The translations under genes were made by a program, and so were the position numbers. From NCBI GenBank assembly GCA_041548585.1, contig JBFESJ010000003.1:1-49172 (forward strand): a stretch of DNA of 49,172 nucleotides, written 5' to 3'. The notes below the pieces were generated by a model. The model was not told where the DNA came from, did no database searches, and worked only from the letters and a program-made list of their open reading frames with translations. Below, piece by piece: positions 42,387 through 49,172 of this stretch (positions within the stretch are counted from its first letter, which is position 1; every line of letters starts with the position of its first letter). Source of the DNA: Desulfobacterales bacterium. GTDB taxonomy: Bacteria > Desulfobacterota > Desulfobacteria > Desulfobacterales > UBA11574.

Positions 42387-42602
42387 TTGATATCTCCCGT
42401 GTTCAAAGAAAAAAACGACGTATTAACCTGCTTCACACTTTCGAAAAAATGCAAGACCGTTGCAACCCCTTAGAAGATTTGTTCACCGGTTCTAATGGGT
42501 TACCATGCACATGAAATACAATTCTTTTTTCGATCATACATCTTAAAAAAAGTCAACACTAAAGCGCTTTTTGTCCGATCATCGCTTAATATAAAAAACA
42601 AT

Positions 42603-42629
42603 TAAAGTTTTTAGCGAAGATACCGATGA
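42603..42629 (+). promoter_or_regulatory. Sigma28 (FliA) promoter
   Basis: TAAAGTTT-N11-ACCGATGA vs consensus TAAAGTTT-N11-GCCGATAA, upstream of a FliL-like gene. Confidence 0.7.
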
Positions 42630-42651
42630 CACTTCATCGGAGATATACTTT

Positions 42652-42742
42652 TCTGCCGGTGGACTCATCCCCTGAGGATTTGAGGCGCAAGGCTTCGGGT
42701 CTTTCGTATATTAGATGTGGATAAGATTACCGAGCGACCAGG
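42652..42742 (+). ncRNA. c-di-GMP-I (GEMM-I)-like riboswitch, variant or degenerate
   Basis: P1 TCTG/CAGG; P2 CTCATCC/GGATTTGAG; junction GCGCAAG; P3 GCTTCGGGTCTT/AAGATTACCGAGC; 3' GACC; resembles the ACGCAAAGCYNCGGGTCT...GATAGCCGAGTTRCC consensus. Confidence 0.6.
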
Positions 42743-42753
42743 CCCATACATTT

Positions 42754-42790
42754 AAAACGCGCTTTTACTGGATAAAAAAGCGGGTTTTGT
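42754..42790 (+). terminator. Leader terminator hairpin (candidate riboswitch expression platform)
   Basis: AAAACGCGCTTTT / AAAAGCGGGTTTT (12/13), ending in TTTTGT, before the fliL-like start. Confidence 0.55.
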
Positions 42791-42836
42791 CCTTAAAGAT
42801 TACATCTTTTCAAGTGAATTGGGATAGAAAATTCTT

Positions 42837-43274
42837 ATGAAATTAGGCGGTAAGAAAGGGAAGTTGTTGACCATCGCTTTGTCTCTTTTTGTGTTAATTG
42901 CTATGTGTGCCGGGATTTTTTATCACCGCAATGAAAAAATTGATTTTCGCAAGCTATCAATGTTAAAAGAAAATAAGGATAAAAATGCATCAGAATATAT
43001 TAAATGCCAACTCTTTTCAAATATCGGCACCCAAAATTATTTAATGCTGGAAATGGCCATTCCTTACCAAAATAAAGAACAACACTTTAATTTGAAGAAT
43101 AATTTAGACAGAATAAAGAGCGACATGTTGATAAATATTGATCAGAAGGAAATGGCAGAATGGGTTAAAGAAAGAGATTATGTCGCGATAAAGAGCGAAT
43201 TTCTAAAGGTTATCAATAAACATACAAACACGCCCATTGAACAAATTTATTTCGAATCATTTCTTTATCAGTAA
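42837..43274 (+). CDS. FliL-family flagellar basal body-associated protein (orphan)
   Basis: 145 aa, KKGK followed by one TM, NI...YLML, C-terminal IKSEFLKVIN...IEQIYFESFLYQ typical of FliL. Confidence 0.72.
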   Translation: MKLGGKKGKLLTIALSLFVLIAMCAGIFYHRNEKIDFRKLSMLKENKDKNASEYIKCQLFSNIGTQNYLMLEMAIPYQNKEQHFNLKNNLDRIKSDMLINIDQKEMAEWVKERDYVAIKSEFLKVINKHTNTPIEQIYFESFLYQ

Positions 43275-43373
43275 AAAGAAATGATTTAAATTTTGAGAAA
43301 TCTGCTGTTTATTCCTCGAAGTTTTTATGAAACAGATCAACCCTCGATGAAATCCTCGAAGTGTTGGAAACCA

Positions 43374-43407
43374 GGAACCCGGTGTGGTTAATTTCACACC
43401 GGGTTCC
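43374..43407. terminator. Hairpin terminator between the convergent fliL-like and lpp-like genes
   Basis: Perfect 13-bp stem GGAACCCGGTGTG/CACACCGGGTTCC with a T-run shortly after on the + strand. Confidence 0.75.
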
Positions 43408-43417
43408 GAATTTTTTG

Positions 43418-43723
43418 CTATTTTTTCATTTGCTGATTAAAGATGGCTTCAGCTTTGTTGGCCATATCTTCGGCCTTTTGTGCCGAGGCCGCCGCTGCAT
43501 CCGCGGCATTTTCGGCACGAACGGCGGCTGCATCAGCTTGTTTGACCTGCTGAGAGCAATCCTGGGCCAATGCTTTGGCGTCCTTGGCATCTTGGCTGGC
43601 CTGTTGAACCTGTTTTTCCAGCATTTTCATTTGGTCCATGCTTGCACAGCTCATGAGTGTAAAAGCCAACGCTAATGATAAGAACAGACCCATCACCATA
43701 CATACGTTTTTTCGTATTTTCAT
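43418..43723 (-). CDS. Lpp/OprI-like alanine-zipper lipoprotein
   Basis: Lipobox LMSC, Ala-rich heptads, C-terminal MKK; GGAGGAGG RBS. Confidence 0.85.
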   Translation of the reverse strand: MKIRKNVCMVMGLFLSLALAFTLMSCASMDQMKMLEKQVQQASQDAKDAKALAQDCSQQVKQADAAAVRAENAADAAAASAQKAEDMANKAEAIFNQQMKK

Positions 43724-43769
43724 TGAATTGCCTCCTCCGATGTACTGTTTTTCTCATAAACGAATGTCA

Positions 43770-44705
43770 TCATCGATCTGACGTCTTGACGGCGAGTGTG
43801 TCATCACCTCCCTTCTTTAGAAAACCCACACGAACCGGTAGGCCGCTTTGTTTCTCAAGCGTATCGCTGACCGTTGAAATCGAAACACTGCTTAAAATAC
43901 CCAGTTCATGTAATCGAGGTAAGGTCTGTGCACGTATATCTTTAATTTTATTGTAAATATCCGGATGAACCTCCATAAATATGCTTTGCCCCTGGATTCC
44001 TATTTTTACGGGTTCATAAACGATTTCGACAGGCGTATTTAAATTTACCTGTTCAAAAAGTAACGCAATATGTTCCGGATACAGGCGGATACATCCGTGA
44101 CTGACCAGTCTTCCGATACCCCAGGGAGAATTTGTACCGTGAATACCGTATCCGATCAGCGACAGGCCGAGCCAGTATTTTCCTAACGGATTATTCGGTC
44201 CGGGAGGCATCGAGGTGACCCCGTATTTGGCCCTCAGCGACTCAGGAACCAACCAGGTGGGGTCTACCTGGCGGTGAATGACGTGACCCACAGCCACGGG
44301 GGTCTCCCAGCCGATATCTCCAATTCCCACCGGATAGGTGGTAACCATTCCGGTTTTCGGATTAAAATGATAGAGTCTTAATTCCGGCAGATTGATAACC
44401 AGCCCGTACAATTTAGTAGACGGCAAAACCCATTGGGTCGGTATAACAAGATTATGCCCGGGATTGAGGATCCATGGGTCCATCCGCGGATAAAGGAGCA
44501 TGATTTCATTATACCCTAACCCGAAATGACGAACAATGTCCAAGAGGGTTTCTTTGGGCGAGACAATGTGGTGCTGAATGGACCCCACCACCGTTTTGTC
44601 TTTACGATAGCTGAAACCGCCGGCAAATGCTTTTAGGGTGCCGAGGGTTAAAAAGGTGATCAGCACAAAACAGCTGATTTTTTTAATGTGTAAGGGTTTG
44701 ATCAT
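43770..44705 (-). CDS. L,D-transpeptidase (ErfK/YbiS/YcfS family) with LysM-like domain
   Basis: ETLLDIVRHFGLG, INLPELRLY, PPGPNNPLG, IHGT...SHGCIRL. Confidence 0.93.
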   Translation of the reverse strand: MIKPLHIKKISCFVLITFLTLGTLKAFAGGFSYRKDKTVVGSIQHHIVSPKETLLDIVRHFGLGYNEIMLLYPRMDPWILNPGHNLVIPTQWVLPSTKLYGLVINLPELRLYHFNPKTGMVTTYPVGIGDIGWETPVAVGHVIHRQVDPTWLVPESLRAKYGVTSMPPGPNNPLGKYWLGLSLIGYGIHGTNSPWGIGRLVSHGCIRLYPEHIALLFEQVNLNTPVEIVYEPVKIGIQGQSIFMEVHPDIYNKIKDIRAQTLPRLHELGILSSVSISTVSDTLEKQSGLPVRVGFLKKGGDDTLAVKTSDR

Positions 44706-44861
44706 TGACAGACGTTATGGTTTTTGACGTGTCAAATACACGTGAACACCCTTCGAGCGAAAATGCTCAATAGCGTATAATTAAATTCTATATGCTTAAG
44801 ACCGAATATCACAAGTAAAAAACAAAAACAAATGCTTATAATTTCTTAAATGATTCTTTAT

Positions 44862-47800
44862 TCAGACAATTTTTTTTTCCGATGGTATTGCGTGTCCATG
44901 AGCGAACTCCCACCGCTTATCGAGAAAGTAAAGGATCGGAACCGTCATCCTTGAAAAAAAGAGCGAGGCAACTTCTCCCGCCATAAGGGATATGGCAAGA
45001 CCCTGAAAAATGGGATCGAACAGAATGACCGAAGCACCGACCACCACGGCGGCTGCGGTCAACATCATGGGACGAAAGCGCACAGCGCCGGCATCAATGA
45101 CGGCAAGATCCAATGGCATTCCTTCTCTCACGCGGAGTTCTATAAAATCTACCAAAATGATGGAGTTTCTCACAACAATTCCGGCACCGGCAATAAAGCC
45201 GATCATGGAGGTTGCAGTAAAAAAAGCGCCAAGGGCCCAATGCGCAGGCAGGATGCCGATCAGAGAAAAAGGGATGGCGGCCATAATGACCAAAGGTGTT
45301 ATGAAAGACTGGAACCATCCAACAACCAGTACAAATATCAGTACCAGGACCACAGCAAATGCAATTCCAAGATCTCGGAAGACTTCGTAAGTGATGTGCC
45401 ATTCACCGTCCCATTTCATTTCGAATTTTCGGTCGCTGGAAGGAAGGCCGGCGGTATGCTGGACGATTTGGTATCCTTCAGGGAGTTGGATGGCCTTGAT
45501 CTTGTTTTTCATCTCTAAAATTGCATACACCGGGCTTTCCTTAACACCGGCTACATCCCCGACAACATATACTACCGGCATGAGATTTTTATGATAAATA
45601 CTCTGATCCACCGGGGTTTTTATAACGTTGATCAGCGTCGAAAGTGGGAGCAGGCCCCCGTCGGCTGAAGCAAGTTGCAGCATTTTAAGGCGCTGAATTC
45701 CGGCTCGGGCAGATAGTGGAAGGCGCATCAGAATCGGTACATCTTCTTTTTCCCTGGGCTGATGAAGCAGACCCGCCGTTTGTCCTTTGAGTGCCAGCTC
45801 GAGGGTGCGGTTAATCCGGGCCACACTGATCCCGTGAAGAGCGGCTTTCTCTCTGTCAACCTCAATCTTATAGCGGGGTTGAGTTTCTTCCATGTACCAG
45901 TCCACATCGACCACACCGGGCGTTTCGTTAAAAATGTTCATGATATCGGTAGCAATCTGCTTTTGGCGATGGTAATCAGGGCCGTAAATTTCGGCCACCA
46001 GAGTGGATAAAACCGGCGGACCGGGGGGGACTTCAGCCACCTTAACCCTTGCATGATAGCGGTCGGCTATGGATTTTAACGCCGGACGGACGCGTTTGGC
46101 AATATCATGACTCTGATTTTTTCGATGTCCTTTCTCTGCCAGATTCACCTGAATGTCTGCTTGGTGAGCACTGCTTCGCAGATAATAATGGCGCACCAGG
46201 CCGTTAAAGTTAAACGGCGCCGAGGTGCCCACATAGAGTTGATAATCGGTGACTTCATTAACGGTTTTGAGATAATCCCCCATTTCCATAACTGCGGCGG
46301 ATGTTTCTTCCAAAGTGGCGGTTTCCGGCATGTCGAGAATCACCTGAAATTCACTTTTGTTATCAAAAGGGAGCATTTTGACCCGAACCCATCCGATTCC
46401 GACCATGGCACATGAGACAATGAGAAGGGCAACAACGCTGATAAGAAAAAGCCATCGCCAGAATCGATTTTCAATAAGGGGGGTCATTATTTTGCGATAA
46501 AGGCGTGTGCTCCAGTCTTCTTCACCGTGTTCACCGTCTGTCGCTGTTGGTTTATGCTTTATCATTCGGATGGAAGCCCATGGGGTGACGATAAACGCGA
46601 CAATCAGTGAAAAGATCATAGCCGCGGATGCTCCCACCGGAATGGGTCTCATGTACGGCCCCATGAGTCCGCCGACAAAGGCCATGGGCAAAATAGCGCT
46701 GATGACGGTTAATGTCGCTAAAATGGTGGGATTACCGACTTCGTCCACCGCTTCGATGGCCACTTGGACCCTGGAACGTTCTCGATTTTCCGGAAGCCGG
46801 AAGTGACGAACGATATTTTCCACGATCACGATGGCGTCATCCACAAGGATTCCGATGGAGAATATCAGCGCAAAAAGAGTGATCCGGTTCAAGGTATACC
46901 CATACAGAAAAAAAACAGCCATGGTCAGCGCGAGTGTCACGGGAATAGCAATGGCAACGACGCCGGATTCACGGTGTCCCAAGACAAACCATATCAAAAT
47001 CGTGACGGAAACAATGGCGATCATCATGTGAAACAGCAATTCATTCGATTTTTCTTTGGCGGTGTCCCCATAGTTTCGAGTGACGGAGACATGAATATTG
47101 TCCGGGATGACGCTGCCCGTTGCACGGTGAATTCGTTCAAGCACGCGATGGGATACAGCGACAGCATTGGCACCTTTTCGCTTGGAAACGGAGAGGGTGA
47201 CGGCAGGGAAAACCCCTTTTGAGGACCTATGGTCGGCGGTGTTTTTTTCTACAGCGGCTGGGCCGGTACCGAAAAAAACATACTGATTCGGCTCTTCCGG
47301 GCCGTCAATGACGTCTGCAACATCCCGAAGATAAACGGGTTTGCCGTCGTGCACGCCGGCCACAACGCTTTTAACATCTTCTATTGTTTCTAAAAAACCA
47401 CCGGTATGAACCAGCACCTGGCCTTTGATGGAAGGATAGGTGCCGGTTTCAGATTCCTGGTTTGCAGCGGTGACGGACATGGCAACCCCTTCAAGGTCGA
47501 GGCCGTAAGCCGCCAGCCTCACCGGATCAAACCGAACCTGAACCTGGCGCCGTTCGCCGCCGATAAGGGTAGTCATGGAAACATTGTTTTCGCGTTTGAC
47601 AATGTTTTCGACTTCCGCTGCTACACGCCGCAACGTGTAATGATCGAACCCTTCCCCCCAGAATGTCAGCGATAGAATCGGAACGTCGTCAATATATCGC
47701 GGTTTAATGAGCGGCGGTGTAACAGACCAGGGAATAAGATCGTAGTTTGCCATGAGCTTCGACTGGAGACGAACGATGGATTTTTCCTCGTCCTGCCCCA

Positions 47801-48110
47801 CGTAAAAGCGGACCACTGCCATGGACATGCCCGGGCTGGATGTTGAATACACATATTCTACGCCCGGAATTTCCCACAACAGCTTTTCCATGGGGTTTGT
47901 GACCCGCTCTTCGACTTCTTTGGCACTGGCGCCGGGCATTTTTACAAAAATGTCGATCATGGGAACGATAATCTGGGGTTCTTCTTCCCTGGGAAGGGCG
48001 ATGACCGAAGCGATACCCAGCAAAATGGCTGCGAGAATAAACAACGGGGTCAGTTTGGAATCGATAAAAAACTGTGCAATTTTGCCGGCGGCACCTGTTT
48101 TTTGCGTCAT
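44862..48110 (-). CDS. AcrB/AcrD/AcrF-family RND permease
   Basis: 1082 aa; [42 protein letters not shown]. Confidence 0.93.
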   Translation of the reverse strand: MTQKTGAAGKIAQFFIDSKLTPLFILAAILLGIASVIALPREEEPQIIVPMIDIFVKMPGASAKEVEERVTNPMEKLLWEIPGVEYVYSTSSPGMSMAVVRFYVGQDEEKSIVRLQSKLMANYDLIPWSVTPPLIKPRYIDDVPILSLTFWGEGFDHYTLRRVAAEVENIVKRENNVSMTTLIGGERRQVQVRFDPVRLAAYGLDLEGVAMSVTAANQESETGTYPSIKGQVLVHTGGFLETIEDVKSVVAGVHDGKPVYLRDVADVIDGPEEPNQYVFFGTGPAAVEKNTADHRSSKGVFPAVTLSVSKRKGANAVAVSHRVLERIHRATGSVIPDNIHVSVTRNYGDTAKEKSNELLFHMMIAIVSVTILIWFVLGHRESGVVAIAIPVTLALTMAVFFLYGYTLNRITLFALIFSIGILVDDAIVIVENIVRHFRLPENRERSRVQVAIEAVDEVGNPTILATLTVISAILPMAFVGGLMGPYMRPIPVGASAAMIFSLIVAFIVTPWASIRMIKHKPTATDGEHGEEDWSTRLYRKIMTPLIENRFWRWLFLISVVALLIVSCAMVGIGWVRVKMLPFDNKSEFQVILDMPETATLEETSAAVMEMGDYLKTVNEVTDYQLYVGTSAPFNFNGLVRHYYLRSSAHQADIQVNLAEKGHRKNQSHDIAKRVRPALKSIADRYHARVKVAEVPPGPPVLSTLVAEIYGPDYHRQKQIATDIMNIFNETPGVVDVDWYMEETQPRYKIEVDREKAALHGISVARINRTLELALKGQTAGLLHQPREKEDVPILMRLPLSARAGIQRLKMLQLASADGGLLPLSTLINVIKTPVDQSIYHKNLMPVVYVVGDVAGVKESPVYAILEMKNKIKAIQLPEGYQIVQHTAGLPSSDRKFEMKWDGEWHITYEVFRDLGIAFAVVLVLIFVLVVGWFQSFITPLVIMAAIPFSLIGILPAHWALGAFFTATSMIGFIAGAGIVVRNSIILVDFIELRVREGMPLDLAVIDAGAVRFRPMMLTAAAVVVGASVILFDPIFQGLAISLMAGEVASLFFSRMTVPILYFLDKRWEFAHGHAIPSEKKIV

Positions 48111-49171
48111 GAATCCATCTCCACTTTCATGCCGTTGATAAGATTTGGTGGAGGAGCGGGTACATAGCGATCCCCTTGTTTGAGGCCTGATAAGACTTCT
48201 ATGGACTCGCCGAATGTTCTACCGGTTCGAAGGAGTCGAAATTTGGCGGTTTGCGTATCATCCACAATATAAATGCCCGTCAACTGTCCGGAATGTATCA
48301 CGGCGGTTAATGGAATTAAAAGCAAGCCGCTTTCGCCCACAGGGATTGAAACCCGTGCGAACATGCCGGATCGAAGCCTTGGGTCAACCGGCAGCTTAAC
48401 CTTGATTAAAAATGAACGGCTTTTTGCATCAGCGGCTGGAAAAATTTCCTGTATGCTTCCGGTGAACGTTTTGTTGTTGAGTGCGGAAACCGTCACCGTT
48501 ACCTCTTGGTTTAAGCCAACGGTATGGATATACTGTTCGGGGAGCACCAGGTCAACGACATAACTATCTGTGTTTTCGATTGAAAACATAGCTTTGCCTG
48601 GTGTGGCAAGGTCTCCCACATCGACCATTTTTGCCCGAATGATTTCGTCATAAGGGGCCTGTAACACCGTATCTTTCGAATTGACAACCGCCGATGCCAG
48701 GGCGGCTTCGGCCTGTTTGACGCGCTGTTTTGCAGCGGCCAGTCCGGCCTGGGCTTGCTGGTATCGAGATTTGATCTCATCAAACTCCTGGGGACTGGCG
48801 GACTCATCTTTCATCAAATTCTGATATCGGGTATAGGTGGCAATCGCAAGCTCTGCGCCTGCACCGGCTGCAGTTTCGGCGCGCCGGGCTTCCGCAAGCG
48901 CAGCTTTTGCTTGACGAAGCATTGCTGCGGCCTGTCGATCATCGATGATTGCAAGCCGATCACCCTTTTTGACCAGGTCTCCTTCCCGGACAAAAACCTC
49001 TATTACGGTTCCCATGAGTTTGCTGGAAATCGTGCTGACGGTTTTGGCACTGACGGTTCCCACGGATTCGTACATGGATGATTGACGGATAAGTTTAGCG
49101 GAGATGACCGGGGCGCTGACGCGCCCTTTTGGGGACGTCTCGATATTTCCCGGGTCTATTTTTTCCCCACA
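48107..49171 (-). CDS. RND periplasmic adaptor (MFP), 5' end beyond the window
   Basis: [25 protein letters not shown]; the frame stays open from 49075 to the window edge (…CGEKIDPG…, possible lipoprotein Cys). Confidence 0.9.
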   Translation of the reverse strand, partial: CGEKIDPGNIETSPKGRVSAPVISAKLIRQSSMYESVGTVSAKTVSTISSKLMGTVIEVFVREGDLVKKGDRLAIIDDRQAAAMLRQAKAALAEARRAETAAGAGAELAIATYTRYQNLMKDESASPQEFDEIKSRYQQAQAGLAAAKQRVKQAEAALASAVVNSKDTVLQAPYDEIIRAKMVDVGDLATPGKAMFSIENTDSYVVDLVLPEQYIHTVGLNQEVTVTVSALNNKTFTGSIQEIFPAADAKSRSFLIKVKLPVDPRLRSGMFARVSIPVGESGLLLIPLTAVIHSGQLTGIYIVDDTQTAKFRLLRTGRTFGESIEVLSGLKQGDRYVPAPPPNLINGMKVEMDS

Positions 49172-49172
49172 A

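Noticed and set aside
42716-42724. Perfect DnaA box in an intergenic region
   Set aside because: Single box lying in the variable P3 loop of the riboswitch-like RNA; no cluster
43312-43362. Short repeats CCTCGAAG/ATGAAA
   Set aside because: Too short and irregular for a CRISPR or tandem array
44723-44750. TTTGAC-GT-GTCAAA palindrome and a nearby CACGTGAA half-parS upstream of ldt
   Set aside because: Short arms and too degenerate to assign; expected by chance

Overview
Bacterial chromosomal window, most consistent with a Desulfobacterota (Desulfobacterales-like) organism; this is inferred from gene content and order. It looks origin-proximal. It carries dnaN-gyrB with no dnaA, recF or gyrA next to them, the rpmH-rnpA-yidD-yidC-jag-mnmE block, and a perfect parS palindrome directly after mnmE. 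The left ~18 kb is accessory: a TetR-ALDH-EmrA-EmrB operon divergent from an ADP-forming acyl-CoA synthetase plus PaaI thioesterase, a GC-richer TetR/MFP/RND/OMF efflux cassette, cfa and an OprB-like porin. An EndoQ-UvrD fusion gene lies head-to-head with dnaN. Also present are a divergent ThyA, asnS, degP, a B12-radical SAM/DUF2344 fusion, rng, orphan oadGB, a FliL-like gene, an Lpp/OprI-like lipoprotein paired with an L,D-transpeptidase, and a further RND/MFP pair cut by the window edge. The most interesting signals are non-coding: (i) a sigma28 promoter, a variant c-di-GMP-I riboswitch and a terminator stacked before fliL; (ii) an ANTAR-like hairpin/terminator leader before the porin; (iii) an NrdR-like box pair and oriC-like features in the dnaA-less gap before dnaN; (iv) palindromic MITE-like elements, some overlapping stop codons of core genes. 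No rRNA, tRNA, CRISPR array or intact transposase was seen. All assignments come from motif recognition by eye; no searches were run.
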